Shown here one piece after another: positions 51,119 through 62,078 of a stretch of 64,000 nucleotides of DNA. Positions within the stretch are counted from its first letter, which is position 1, and the number at the start of each line of letters is the position of its first letter. The translations under genes were made by a program, and so were the position numbers. The stretch is taken from positions 4,960,001 through 5,024,000 of the forward strand of contig OZ250169.1 in NCBI GenBank assembly GCA_965237955.1, given 5' to 3'. This DNA comes from Candidatus Marinacidobacterales bacterium. GTDB lineage: Bacteria; Acidobacteriota; Vicinamibacteria; Marinacidobacterales; SMYC01. The notes beneath the pieces were generated by a model. That model did not search any database, was not told where the DNA came from, and saw nothing but the letters and a program-made list of their open reading frames with translations.

Positions 51119-53221
51119 GTGCTAGTGTTGCGCCCCCCAACCAAGCGCGAGCGCGTATGTCGAAGGTCGCTGTACAACAACGGCGGGAATACTTTCCAGT
51201 GGTTGCCAACGATTGCGGTCGCAGGGACGTACGAGGTTTACGCGTGGTGGACGTATCACGCGAATCGTTCGAGCGCGGTGCCGTACCGGATATCGCACGC
51301 CGGTGGGATCACGGAGACGATCGTGAACCAGCACGACCTGTCGTTGGGTGGGCAGTGGAACCTGATTGGTACGGTGCCGATGGACGCGAGCAGCTCGCAC
51401 TACGTCGAGGTTTCGAGCGAGAACGGTCAAGCCTCTGCCGATGCCGTCCGTTTGGTCTTCGTCGGTGATGAGCCACTATCCATCGTCGAGGACACTCTCC
51501 CTGACGGTGCCGTCAATACGCCCTACAGCGCACGCCTGAATGCGACGGGGGGCCTGCCTCCCTATCTCTTCTCTTTGGAGTCCGGACGCCTGCCTTCGGG
51601 GCTGACGCTCGCGCCTTCCGGGACCATCAGCGGGGATCCGACCTGGGGCGAGACGACGACCTTCACCGTTCGTGTGGAGGACGTCAGTCTCGACGTCGCG
51701 ACGCGCGAACTGGAGCTCACGATGAGTCCGTTCGTGGGAGCCGACTTTGGGCATCCGTACCTTCAAAACTCGACGATGAACGGAATCACCGTGCTCTGGT
51801 GGACGCCGACTGACCGAGCCGGCTTGTTGGAGTACGGGATTGGAAGTTTCGACAACTCCGTGATGTCGAGCCCCGAGCCGGTTACCTTCACCCGTCCCGA
51901 CATCGCGGGCAACGTCACACGTTACAAGCACGAAGTACGCCTCAGTGGCCTGACGGCGGGCGCGGGATATCAGTACCGGGTGACGCAAGACGCAATCGCG
52001 TTCGTATCACAATTTCAAACCGCCCCGGCGGAGACGCTTACGCCCATTCGCTTTGTGGTGTGGGCCGACACCGAGATGGAGCTCGCCTCCCATGGGAGTT
52101 TGGGCTCAGGAGCGCCCTCCGGCTATCCCATGGATCAAAACGAAGGCATCATGGCCGGCGTTCTCGCGAGCAGTTCCCTCGATCCTGATTTCATCCTGAT
52201 CGCAGGGGACATCGTCGAGCAGGCCGGAAGACTCGACGACTGGGACGAGTTGTTTCGAAAAGTCAACGACCGAAATTACGCCTTCTACACGGCCACGCCA
52301 CCCCTCGCAAGCCGCATTCCAATTTTCGCTGCACTAGGAAACCACGACTATTACGGTTTCGGCTTCTCTCAGCCCGGAAGCGAAATCCACGGGGTGCACA
52401 AATATCTCGAGCATTTCGATAATCCTTCGAACACGGCACCGACGACCATCATCGATCCCGCCTGGCCCTCGGAATTGACCCCGGCTGTGCGCGCGGCGCA
52501 GGACGAGCGCTACTTTGCTTTCGACTACGGCCCGGCGACGGTCATCGCCATCGATGTCAACAACCAATCTCCCAACGGGTCGAGCAACGACACGAACTTC
52601 AATATTCTCGGGGAGAACGACCCGGATGGCGGGTTCGCGCCCGACTGGGCTCCGGGCTCGCGCCAGTATCAGTGGCTCGAGGAGCAGCTACAGAGGGCCC
52701 AGGCTCGCAGCCCGTTCATCTTCGTTTACTGGCATCACGCGGCCTTCTCTTCGGGTCCACATGCGTTGCCACCAGGCATCGACGATCAATCCGGCCTTCC
52801 CACGCGGCAGCTCGATGAGCTATTCCACCGCTATCGAGTGACCGCCGTCTTCAACGGACACGAAGAGATGGTGGAAATGAGCGAGACGAGGGGAGATTCT
52901 GGCCTGGGAGGCGATCCGAGCCACGTGATCCGCTACTTCGTCGCCGGATCGATGGGCGACGGCATTCGTGACGAGCTGAGTAGCTTGTTGAACCCCAACC
53001 AGGTTTTCCACTACACCGACAGCACGATTGGGCGCCACTACGGTTTCGTCCTCGTGGAAATCTTCGCCGACCCGGGGGATCCCGGCACGTGGAAAGCGAC
53101 GTTCCGGCAAGTGTGGATCAATCCAGCCTGGGCCGGCGACCGCGCGCTCGACCCGTTGGGCGGTTATTACGATGACGCAGACCCTGCTGCGTATTACGAG
53201 GCAACGTGGTCGCCGCCATGA
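51119..53221 (+). CDS. Purple-acid-phosphatase-like metallophosphoesterase with golvesin-like and Ig-like N-terminal domains (N-terminus probably lost)
   Basis: WAD, AGD, GNHD, WHH, NGHE motifs; GTYEVYAWW...ADAVRL; LPSGLTLAPSGTISG. Confidence 0.8.
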   Translation: MLVLRPPTKRERVCRRSLYNNGGNTFQWLPTIAVAGTYEVYAWWTYHANRSSAVPYRISHAGGITETIVNQHDLSLGGQWNLIGTVPMDASSSHYVEVSSENGQASADAVRLVFVGDEPLSIVEDTLPDGAVNTPYSARLNATGGLPPYLFSLESGRLPSGLTLAPSGTISGDPTWGETTTFTVRVEDVSLDVATRELELTMSPFVGADFGHPYLQNSTMNGITVLWWTPTDRAGLLEYGIGSFDNSVMSSPEPVTFTRPDIAGNVTRYKHEVRLSGLTAGAGYQYRVTQDAIAFVSQFQTAPAETLTPIRFVVWADTEMELASHGSLGSGAPSGYPMDQNEGIMAGVLASSSLDPDFILIAGDIVEQAGRLDDWDELFRKVNDRNYAFYTATPPLASRIPIFAALGNHDYYGFGFSQPGSEIHGVHKYLEHFDNPSNTAPTTIIDPAWPSELTPAVRAAQDERYFAFDYGPATVIAIDVNNQSPNGSSNDTNFNILGENDPDGGFAPDWAPGSRQYQWLEEQLQRAQARSPFIFVYWHHAAFSSGPHALPPGIDDQSGLPTRQLDELFHRYRVTAVFNGHEEMVEMSETRGDSGLGGDPSHVIRYFVAGSMGDGIRDELSSLLNPNQVFHYTDSTIGRHYGFVLVEIFADPGDPGTWKATFRQVWINPAWAGDRALDPLGGYYDDADPAAYYEATWSPP

Positions 53222-53343
53222 CGACGACTCACTGAGAAGATGGTAACTGCATCTCGAGATTTTCTGGTACAACGCGTCTTCGAGGCATCGGGGGCATCGG
53301 CGGGTGAGGATGGCGCTCACTCGTGAGCGCGAGGGTTCGGGCA

Positions 53344-53923
53344 CTAGCGCTGGCAGTGATAAACGACCGCCGGCGGAACGCTGCGCCACACGACGTCGCT
53401 GCGCTCGACCGAGCGAAACCGGCGCTCGAGTTTTTCACGAAACCGCAGCCCCGACTTGAGCACGAGACCGTGCACGTACGAGAACGTCGCGAATTGGCCG
53501 TCCGGTGCGAGCACGCTCATCGTGGCATCCAAAAGCTCGTCCTGGACGCCGTCGGAAAAGTTCGCCCAGGGAAGGCTGCTCACGACGGCGTCGATTGGGG
53601 TCGCGCCATGAGCGGCGGCAATCTTCTTGATGTTCGCGACGGAGTCCCAATAGACCGAGAGCTCGGGAAACTGCTTGGACAACGCGTCCGCGTAGGCTTC
53701 GTTGAACTCGATGGCAAAGAAATCCTGGCCGTCGAGCCGCTCGAGCAACGCTTTCGTGATCGAGCCGAGCCCGGGGCCATACTCGGCAGCGACCCGGACT
53801 CCGATCCCAATCGATGCTTCCCGCGAGCGCCGCCGCCAGCTCCTCCGAGCTCGGGGCGATGGCGCCGATTTTCTGGGGGTTGGTGACGAACTCTTTGAAA
53901 AAGTTAACCGCCGATCGTTGCAC
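53344..53923 (-). CDS. Phospholipid N-methyltransferase-like SAM methyltransferase (frameshift near 53800)
   Basis: NPQKIGAIAPSS, EYGPGLGSIT, VVSSLPW, FATFSY, VPPAVVY. Confidence 0.85.
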
Positions 53924-54032
53924 TCCGCTCCGTCCTGCAGTGTGTGGGTCATGAGAACTCGAAAATCGCGCATAAGCATATGGGAAGAAACGGGTTCTTG
54001 TAAAGGCGGCGGGTCAGGCCTTGAGGCCGGAT

Positions 54033-54155
54033 TTAGGTCCGGAGCTCCTGCTTGGCCTGGTGCGAGTCCGCGTCGGGATTGCGCGGGTTTTGGCCGGCGC
54101 AATAGATCTCGAACGCGCGGATACGGATCTGGTCATCGGTGACGGTTGGCGTCAC
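54033..54155 (-). pseudogene. DUF2934-like small protein or remnant
   Basis: DQIRIRAFEIY...PDADSHQAKQEL. Confidence 0.5.
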
Positions 54156-54248
54156 GGGTGCTGCCGCGACCGTTTTCGCGATTTCACGTTGTTGTGAACG
54201 ACATGAAAAGATTAAGCAACTCGAGACGACCGCCGCAAGATCGAATCC

Positions 54249-54743
54249 CTACTGCAATCCCCCACGCACCGAGGTAATCCGGTTGGTGTTGAATCCCAGC
54301 CAGTGCATGCGTCCGACATAGCGTGCGTGCTCGACCTTGATGCAGCGGTCCATGATGACCGATAGCCCGCCGTCCTCCGCGATACGACCGCCTTGTTCGT
54401 TGATGACGGTGAACTGGCACCACAAGTTGGATGCTTTGATCGAGACCGCTTCTTCGGCGATTCCCGGGAGCGCCGCCGGCGCGCGAAAGACGTTCACCAC
54501 GTCGACGGGGATGGGCACGTCGCTGAGGCTCTTATAGCTCGTCTCTCCCAAGATCTCCGACTCGCGCGGGTTCACCGGTATGACGCGATACCCGTGACGC
54601 TTCAAATAGAACCCGACGAAGTAGCTCGCCCTGAGGACGTTGTTCGACAGGCCTATTACCGCGATCGTCTTCGCGTTGTAGAGGACCTGCTGGATGGTGC
54701 CCGTGTCCTGATACCGCGTCAGGTCGAACGTGGCGGTGCTCAT
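54249..54743 (-). CDS. CoA-binding protein (YccU-like)
   Basis: IAVIGLS, VIPVNP, VDVVNVFR, MDRCIKVEH. Confidence 0.9.
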   Translation of the reverse strand: MSTATFDLTRYQDTGTIQQVLYNAKTIAVIGLSNNVLRASYFVGFYLKRHGYRVIPVNPRESEILGETSYKSLSDVPIPVDVVNVFRAPAALPGIAEEAVSIKASNLWCQFTVINEQGGRIAEDGGLSVIMDRCIKVEHARYVGRMHWLGFNTNRITSVRGGLQ

Positions 54744-56056
54744 GCGCGGACGACTTCCTTGCGGTTGAGTTTCTCGAGTTCGGAGAAGCCCTGGCCCAGA
54801 TCCCAAATCAAGTCGTCGAGGTCTTCGATGCCGACGGAGAGGCGTATCGTTCCAGGTCGGACACCGGCGGCCGCGAGCTCGTCGTCATTCAGCTGTCGAT
54901 GGGTCGTGCTCGCCGGATGGATGATGAGGCTTTTGGAATCTCCGACGTTCGCGAGATGCGACCACAGCGTCACCCCGCGGATAAAATCCTGCCCGGCTTG
55001 CCGGCCCCCGCGGACGTCGAAGGAAAACACGGCGCCGGCGCCCTTGGGCAGGTACTTGTCGACGAGTGGCCGGTACCGGCTTCCTGGAACCCCTGGATAG
55101 GTGACGCGCTCGACCATCGGATGCGCCTCGAGGTGGTTCGCGACCGCGAGAGCATTGTCGACGTGACGCTCCATGCGGAGCGAGAGCGTTTCCAATCCTT
55201 GAAGGAACAGGAACGCGTTGAACGGGCTCATCGCCGCGCCGAGGTCGCGTAGCGTCTCCGCACGGAGCTTCATCAGGTAGCCATAAGTGCCGAAGGTCTC
55301 GTGGAACGAGAGCCCGTGATACGCCGGGGATGGATCGGCCACCACGGAGAAACGGCCGTTCGACCAGTTGAACTCCCCCGAATCCACGACGACGCCCCCG
55401 ATGCTCGTGCCGTGGCCGCCGATGAACTTCGTCGCGGAGTGGATGACGATGTCGGCACCCCACTCGATCGGGCGGCACAGATACGGCGTTGCGAACGTGG
55501 AGTCGATCATGAGCGGGATGTCGCGCTCGTGTGCCATCGATGCCAAGGCTTCGATGTCGAGCACGTTGCCGCCCGGGTTTCCGATGGTCTCGGCAAAAAA
55601 GAGCTTCGTGTTGTCTTGGATCGCGCTCTTCCACGCCTCGAGATCATCGGGATCGACCCAGGTCAGCTCGATCGACATTTTGCGGAAGTAGTGTTTGAGC
55701 TGGTTGACGGTGCCGCCGTAAAGAGCCGCCGAGGAGACGACGTGATCGCCGGGCTCGAGGAGCGTGAACAGCGCTCCCGCTTGAGCGGCGATCCCGCTCG
55801 CGAACGCGACCGCACCGCAGCCGCCTTCGAGATTCGCCACGCGCTCTTCGAACGCTGCCACGGTGGGATTCATGATGCGCGAGTAAGTGTTCCCGTATTC
55901 TTTGAGGTTGAAGTACGCCGCCGCCGACTCCGGATCTTCGAAGACGTAGCTCGTCGTCTGGAAGATGGGAACGGCGCGCGCTCCGGTGTTGGGGTCGGGC
56001 CTTTGACCCGCATGTACTTGTCGCGTCTCGAAGCCGAAGTCACGAGACTCTTCCAT
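54740..56056 (-). CDS. metY: O-acetylhomoserine sulfhydrylase
   Basis: PIFQTTSY, YSRIMNPT, HSATKFIGGHG (PLP Lys), HLANVGD, IRLSVGIE. Confidence 0.93.
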   Translation of the reverse strand: MEESRDFGFETRQVHAGQRPDPNTGARAVPIFQTTSYVFEDPESAAAYFNLKEYGNTYSRIMNPTVAAFEERVANLEGGCGAVAFASGIAAQAGALFTLLEPGDHVVSSAALYGGTVNQLKHYFRKMSIELTWVDPDDLEAWKSAIQDNTKLFFAETIGNPGGNVLDIEALASMAHERDIPLMIDSTFATPYLCRPIEWGADIVIHSATKFIGGHGTSIGGVVVDSGEFNWSNGRFSVVADPSPAYHGLSFHETFGTYGYLMKLRAETLRDLGAAMSPFNAFLFLQGLETLSLRMERHVDNALAVANHLEAHPMVERVTYPGVPGSRYRPLVDKYLPKGAGAVFSFDVRGGRQAGQDFIRGVTLWSHLANVGDSKSLIIHPASTTHRQLNDDELAAAGVRPGTIRLSVGIEDLDDLIWDLGQGFSELEKLNRKEVVRA

Positions 56057-57269
56057 GGCTGCCCTCCATTAGAAACTTCCGAATCAACGGGATTTGACGC
56101 GCTTCCTCGAGCAGGAACGAATCGTGCCCGTACGGTGCCTCGATGATGTGGAGCTCGACCGACTTGCCGTTCGCTTCGAGCGCGTCCGCGAGCTCTTGCG
56201 AGTTCTCCGGCGGATATAGCCAATCGGAGCTGAAGCAGATCAGGAACGTGTTCGCTTCGACGTTTTGCAACGCGGTCTCGAGACTTCCGTCTCCGTGCTC
56301 CTGCGCGAGGTCGAAATAGGATAGCGCCCGGGACGTGTAGAGATAAGTGTTCGCGTCGAAGCGTTTGACGAACTTGTCCGCCTGGTGGCGAAGGTAGCTC
56401 TCGACCTCGTACTCGGGGATGGTCAGCTCGTAGTTGATGTCGTCGCCTCGCTGCAGCCGCCGGCCGAACTTGTCTTTCATGGACGGGGCAGACAGGTAGG
56501 TGATGTGGCCGACCATCCGCGCCACGCCCATCCCCGCGTGCGGTGCTCGTCCGGTCTCATAATAATGTCCACCCTGCCAGTCGGGATCGGAGGTGATGGC
56601 GTTGCGTGCGATCGCATTCCAGGCGATGCCCTGGGAGCTCAGCGCGTGGGTGCTCGCGATGGGGACGATGTTTTGGACCGCCTTCGGGTAAAGCACCGCC
56701 CACGTCAGGGCTTGCATCCCCCCGAGAGAGCCTCCGGACACGGCGTGGAGTGTTTCGATGCCGAGCTCGTCCAAGACCGCCCGCTGGGTGCGCACCATGT
56801 CGGCGACGGTGATGACGGGAAAATCGGTGCCGTAGGGCTTTCCCGTCGCGGGGTTCAACGACGACGGCCCTGTTGTCCCTCGACAGCCTCCGAGAAGATT
56901 GGTGCTGACGACGTAGTAATCGTCGGTATCGAACGCTTTCCCGGGACCGATCATGCCGTCCCACCATCCGAGGCCGGTCTTTTTCGCGATGTCGCGCTCG
57001 TCCGCGCCGAAGCCGTCCAAAGCACTTTCTTCCGGAGGCTTTGTGCTGTAACCGGCTGCGTGCGCGTCGGCACTGAGCGCATGGCACACGAGGATGACGT
57101 TGTCGCGAGCAGGGGAGAGCGTGCCGTATGTTTCGTAGGCGACACGGACCTGGGAGAGCTCCCGACCGCAATCGAGCGGCAGAGGTCGCGGCAGGTCGAG
57201 GTACTGCGTTTCAACGACGCCGACGGAGCCTTCTCGAGGCCCTTTATTTTCGGCCACCGGCTTCGTCAT
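56040..57269 (-). CDS. metX: Homoserine O-acetyltransferase
   Basis: CHALSADAH, GGCRGTTGP, GGSLGG nucleophile, DWLYPP, GHDSFL. Confidence 0.93.
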   Translation of the reverse strand: MTKPVAENKGPREGSVGVVETQYLDLPRPLPLDCGRELSQVRVAYETYGTLSPARDNVILVCHALSADAHAAGYSTKPPEESALDGFGADERDIAKKTGLGWWDGMIGPGKAFDTDDYYVVSTNLLGGCRGTTGPSSLNPATGKPYGTDFPVITVADMVRTQRAVLDELGIETLHAVSGGSLGGMQALTWAVLYPKAVQNIVPIASTHALSSQGIAWNAIARNAITSDPDWQGGHYYETGRAPHAGMGVARMVGHITYLSAPSMKDKFGRRLQRGDDINYELTIPEYEVESYLRHQADKFVKRFDANTYLYTSRALSYFDLAQEHGDGSLETALQNVEANTFLICFSSDWLYPPENSQELADALEANGKSVELHIIEAPYGHDSFLLEEARQIPLIRKFLMEGSHGRVS

Positions 57270-57312
57270 GTGCGCATGATAGCGCCCCGCCTTCGCCAAG
57301 GCGAAGGCGAGA

Positions 57313-58845
57313 CTAGCGCGCGCGGGGCTCGAGGAGGATTTCGCCGAGGATCAGAGCTTCTGCAACATCGCGTCCGGTGAGGTGCGCGAACGGCTGACCT
57401 GTCGCCACCGGTTTGGCCGTGCGAGCCCGTGCCTTTGTCTTCCCGGTCGGGGCCGTCGGTTTCGGCGCGCGAGCGTGGACCGTGCTGAGAGACTCGTAGA
57501 GCGCGGCGTGGATTATCGTGTTGGCTTCCGGACTCGCGAGCGCGGCTTCGATCGCGCCGGCCACGATGGCGCGCACGGATCCCTGCGCGCGTTCACCCGC
57601 GAGAAGCGACTCTTTCGCGCTCGTCGCCTGGCGCGCATGGCTTTCCCAGCCGGCGAGCCCAGGCACCTGAGCGAGACGCACCTTGCCGAACGCATCGAGC
57701 GGGAGTTGGAACAGCTCGTCCGTCAGCTGCGTGGCCGCAGCGAGCACCGGCGCCACGGGGAGGCTCGTCATCGAGCCCCAAAACCCAAAGGTGTCGGGTG
57801 AGCCATGCCGCTCGTCCCACTCGCGCCAGATCTCCGTCGCCTCTGCCGCGTAGCCCATGCGGGTCACCCAGCGCGCGGTGACATGAACGCGCACGTGCAC
57901 TGGCGGCTCCGTGTGCACCGTCCCGTCTTGGTTGAGCACGATCGACGTCACCTGCGCCGGCCCTGCCGGCTGCGCATAGAGCTGCGCTATCGAAAGAAGG
58001 TACGACGGGCCGAAAAAGAGTGCGCCCATCGCGTCGGATACGATGCGCTCGATCCACGAAGCGAACAACACCCGCGTGAGCGCGGCGGGATCGTTTTCCA
58101 CCTGTGCCTCGGCGGCCCCGAGCTCCAAACCCTGATAGATGTCCTGATAGAGCGTCGGCGCCGACGCGCCCAGGTAGCGCGCCATCTCAGGGGCCATCAG
58201 AGACCAGTGCGAAGGGTCTTGAAGAACCGTGCGGGGAACGAAGAGCGTCGCATCGGCGAGCGCGGATTCACGCAGTCGATCCTGGGCGGCAACGTCCCAC
58301 ACGATGGCAACCGGCGGCGGTAACGGGTTTCCGACGTTTCTCGGTTGATCGAGCTCCGCGGCCACTTGATCAGCGATGACGCGCGGCCCCTGAAGCTCGC
58401 GGCGCTGTCGGATGCCTGAATGAACCCGCGCTGTCTGCAAGAGCCCACGATAGTGCGACAACAGCCACTGGGTCTCTTGGCTCACACGCGCAAACTCGGG
58501 CGAGGATTCGTTACGGAGCTCGCTCTTGAGTGCCTGTGCTTTGTCGCGATAATCGTGGTCAACGAGAAAGGACACTTGAGCGCGCACCTTCTCGTCGATC
58601 TCGAGAAGGGTCGCTTCGATCTCCTGCTCGAGGTCGCTCAAGCTCAACAGCCAGCCTTCGCCCCGTTGTTGTTGTTCCTGAGAGGGTGGTGCCGGTCGGG
58701 GAGCGACTGGCTTCGGCGGTGGGGTGGCCGTTTGCTGTTGCGCCGCTTGCTGTTGTCGTTCCTTGTTCTTCTTGACTACTTTAGCGATCTGCGAGAACAG
58801 CCACAGCGCGAAAAAGACGAGGGGGACGAAATCAGAACCCTCCAC
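57313..58845 (-). CDS. Membrane-anchored hypothetical protein of the floA operon
   Basis: N-terminal TM helix, Q/P linker, C-terminal ALILGEILLEPR motif. Confidence 0.75.
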   Translation of the reverse strand: MEGSDFVPLVFFALWLFSQIAKVVKKNKERQQQAAQQQTATPPPKPVAPRPAPPSQEQQQRGEGWLLSLSDLEQEIEATLLEIDEKVRAQVSFLVDHDYRDKAQALKSELRNESSPEFARVSQETQWLLSHYRGLLQTARVHSGIRQRRELQGPRVIADQVAAELDQPRNVGNPLPPPVAIVWDVAAQDRLRESALADATLFVPRTVLQDPSHWSLMAPEMARYLGASAPTLYQDIYQGLELGAAEAQVENDPAALTRVLFASWIERIVSDAMGALFFGPSYLLSIAQLYAQPAGPAQVTSIVLNQDGTVHTEPPVHVRVHVTARWVTRMGYAAEATEIWREWDERHGSPDTFGFWGSMTSLPVAPVLAAATQLTDELFQLPLDAFGKVRLAQVPGLAGWESHARQATSAKESLLAGERAQGSVRAIVAGAIEAALASPEANTIIHAALYESLSTVHARAPKPTAPTGKTKARARTAKPVATGQPFAHLTGRDVAEALILGEILLEPRAR

Positions 58846-58851
58846 GGCGAT

Positions 58852-59028
58852 CTACTTCCCGCGCGGGCGCCTGGTTGCGCGTGCCGAGTTCGACTGCCGT
58901 GGCTTACTCTCCCCCCTGCGGAGGGAGCGGGGCGGCGCCAGTGCGATCGCGAGAATCAATTTCTTCCGGAGCTCGACCGGATCCTCGAGCGCCTTCTCGA
59001 GCAGTCGCGTCTCTTCTGATTTATTCAC
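58852..59028 (-). CDS. Small YqfB-like protein
   Basis: GTG overlaps the floA stop; [18 protein letters not shown] motif. Confidence 0.5.
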   Translation of the reverse strand: MNKSEETRLLEKALEDPVELRKKLILAIALAPPRSLRRGESKPRQSNSARATRRPRGK

Positions 59029-59998
59029 TGGGCTTGTCGTCGGATTTATCGGTCGAGCGCGAGATCGAATCGCGCATGCTGGTGTCCGCGACAACGTTCT
59101 TCATGTTGTAGTAGTCCATGATGCCAAGGTTGCCGTCGCGGAAGGCCTGGGCCATGGCCAGGGGCACTTCGGCTTCCGCTTCGACGACTTTCGCGCGCAT
59201 CTCGCCGACCCGCGCTATCATTTCCTGCTCTTGAGCCACGGCCATGGCACGGCGGCTTTCGGCTTTCGCCTGCGCGATCTGCTTGTCGGCCTCGGCCTGC
59301 TCGGTCTGGAGCTTCGCACCGATGTTCGAGCCCACGTCCACGTCGGCGATGTCGATGGAAAGAATCTCGAACGCCGTGCCCGCATCCAGGCCTTTGGCCA
59401 GCACGGTTTTCGAAATGGCGTCCGGGTTCTCGAGGACGGCTTTGTGCGACTCGGACGAGCCGATCGTGGAGACGATGCCTTCTCCTACGCGCGCGACGAT
59501 GGTCTCTTCGCCGGCGCCACCCACGAGCCTATCGATGTCGGCGCGCACGGTGACGCGGCTGAGCGCGATGAGCTGGATGCCGTCTTTGGCCACGGCGGCG
59601 ACTTTCGGCGTGGTGATGATCTTGGGGTTGACGCTCATTTGTACGGCTTCGAGCACATTCCGGCCGGCGAGGTCGATGGCGGTCGCTTGCGCGAACGAGA
59701 GCTTGATGTTCGCCTTGTCCGCGGAGATGAGCGCATTCACGACGCGATCGACGTGACCGCCCGCGAGGTAGTGCGCTTCGAGCTCGTCGACGCTCACGCT
59801 CAAGCCGGCTTTGACCGCGCTGATGCGCGGATTCACGATCGCCGAGGGCGGCACTCGACGCAGTCGCATCGCGATGAGCGTGCCGATCCCGACATACGCG
59901 CCGGATGAAAACGCGGCGATCCAGAGTGCGACCGGCACGAAGTAGAGGATGAAAATGATTCCGACGAGAATGAGTAGAGCAGTGGCAGCTAGACCCAT
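59021..59998 (-). CDS. floA: Flotillin-like protein FloA
   Basis: [46 protein letters not shown]. Confidence 0.95.
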   Translation of the reverse strand: MGLAATALLILVGIIFILYFVPVALWIAAFSSGAYVGIGTLIAMRLRRVPPSAIVNPRISAVKAGLSVSVDELEAHYLAGGHVDRVVNALISADKANIKLSFAQATAIDLAGRNVLEAVQMSVNPKIITTPKVAAVAKDGIQLIALSRVTVRADIDRLVGGAGEETIVARVGEGIVSTIGSSESHKAVLENPDAISKTVLAKGLDAGTAFEILSIDIADVDVGSNIGAKLQTEQAEADKQIAQAKAESRRAMAVAQEQEMIARVGEMRAKVVEAEAEVPLAMAQAFRDGNLGIMDYYNMKNVVADTSMRDSISRSTDKSDDKPSE

Positions 59999-60013
59999 GG
60001 GTTAAAACCTCCT

Positions 60014-60499
60014 TTAAGTGGGCTCTTTGTCTTCCGGTGCGAGCTCGACGACGATGCGGGAGCCTTGAACTTGGGTGATGACGATTTTCGAGTCGGTGGC
60101 GATGAACTCGCCTTCGGTGACGACGCTTTGGCGGAGCTCGCCGAAGCGGGCGAATCCAGCGGGACGGAGGTCGGATTCGGTCACGCCTACCTGGCCGGTC
60201 GCGAGCTCGGTCTCGGCGGCGCGCGCGTCCGCGAGAGTCGACGAGTGCACCACGTCACGACCGAACCGGCTCTTGGGAATCCACAGTAAAACCGCGGTAG
60301 CGGACGCCATGACCAGGACGATGGTCAGGGCACCGTAGGCTGGCCCAAAGTGTTCGTACGCCAGGTAGCAACCGGCTCCGAGACAGATGAAGCCTCCGAT
60401 GCCGGCGACGCCGAAGCCGGGGATCACGAAGATCTCGGCCGCCATCAAGAGATAGCCGGTGACGAGCAAGGCGACGACGGTGATGGCCGGATCGGTCAC
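60014..60499 (-). CDS. Short NfeD family protein
   Basis: EIFVIPGFGVAG, DLRPAG, VTEGEFI. Confidence 0.88.
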   Translation of the reverse strand: MTDPAITVVALLVTGYLLMAAEIFVIPGFGVAGIGGFICLGAGCYLAYEHFGPAYGALTIVLVMASATAVLLWIPKSRFGRDVVHSSTLADARAAETELATGQVGVTESDLRPAGFARFGELRQSVVTEGEFIATDSKIVITQVQGSRIVVELAPEDKEPT

Positions 60500-60502
60500 G
60501 TG

Positions 60503-61922
60503 CTAGTCGTCCTCGCGCACGACGGCGTTACCCGATCGCCACGCGATGATCTTGACGGTGGCGCCGGCGGCGATGAACTCGCCTTCGGAGACAGCGTCGA
60601 TCCGGTCGGTGTCGATGCGAATCTTGCCGGCAGGTCTGAGATCGGTGATGGCTTCGCCCATGGTTCCGAGCGGAAATTTATCTTTCTCGGTCTCGTCGTG
60701 CGAAGTGAAGCCCTTGTCGGTCGAGAGCGACTTGCCGAGAACGAAGCGCCGGGTGACGCCGGTCGCGGGCAGCAGGCGCAGCATCAATACTCCACCGACC
60801 GCGGTCACGATGACCGACGTCGATACCATCATCAACGCGCGGTTGATGAAACCGAGATCCCAGGAAACACGGAGTTCGAGCCCGACGAGGAGACAAAACG
60901 ACACCGACCAGCATCAAAGCGACGCCGGCAACGCCAAAGACACCGAATCCCGGAATGACGAACACCTCCACCGCGAGGAGCGCGGCGCCGATCGCGAAGA
61001 GCAAGAGCCCTTCCCAGCCCGCGAGCTGCGCCACATGATGACCGAAGAAGAACGTTCCCAGCGCGACCGCGCCCAGAGTTCCCGGAAGACCCCAGCCGGG
61101 CTGATAAAGCTCGATCATGATCCCGAGAAACCCGATGCTCATCAGCAGCGAGCTGACCATCGGCTCCGAGACTGCGCGGGCGATGACTTCGGCCCAATTC
61201 ATCTCGCGCTCTCTGACTTCGGCACCCGATAGGTTCAACACCTCGAGTACTTCTTGGAGCGTCGCTGCTTGGTAGTCCGCGATCTCGAGCTCGAGCGCTT
61301 CGTCAGTGCTGAGCGTGAGCACTTTGCCTTTTTCGACGACGCCTTCGATCTCGACGTCGCGATCCACCATCGCTTCCGCTACATCGCCACGCCGGCCGCG
61401 GGTCTCAGCCGTGGTGCGCATCTCGGTGCGCACGTACGACATGTACTTTTCGCCGACGGCGGTGGGCTCTTCGTCGCCGCCCCCGCCAGTAATGGGAGTC
61501 GCGGCGCCGATGGAGCCGCCCGGCGCGATGACGACGTCTTCACACGCGAGCGAGATCAGGGCACCGGCGGAAATCGCGCGGGGGTGGATGAAGGCCACGG
61601 TTCGGATCGGCGCTTCGATGACCGCATCACGGATGAGCACCGCGGCGTCGACGCGTCCGCCGAAAGTATCGATGTCGAGGATAACGACCCCTTCCACCCG
61701 AGACGCCTCTTCGACGACGCGCGCGACGAACGGCGCCATCCCGAGATCGACCGTGCCTTCGATAGGCACGCGGAAAACCGTTAACGGTTGGGTCAACGGC
61801 CGGGTCGACGGTGTGTCCGGCTTTTCAGCTTCTTGGAGTCCGAGAACGTGTCCACCGACGCCGAGACAGAGCATCAGTTGCCAGAGGGATCTCGTCACGG
61901 TTGGCGTCGACTTCGTCGTCAT
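60503..61922 (-). CDS. Long NfeD family membrane serine protease (frameshift near 60900)
   Basis: DTFGGRVDAA, AISAGALISLA, SIGAATP, EVFVIPGFG, TDLRPAG. Confidence 0.88.
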
Positions 61923-62078
61923 ATTTGCCCTAGGTCTCGTGCCAGATGGGCGTGGGAGTTGTCGTTTGTGCCGATTGGTAGATGCTCAGAAATCTACTTC
62001 ACATTGTATAACAAAAGCGCTTGCGATCCAGGAAGTTACCGTGGTCTACTTCCCAACAACAAAGGTGACAACTCAGCC

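Noticed and set aside
57270-57312. SAM riboswitch upstream of metX
   Set aside because: The gap is about 43 nt and holds only a CGCCTTCGCC-AA-GGCGAAGGCG hairpin
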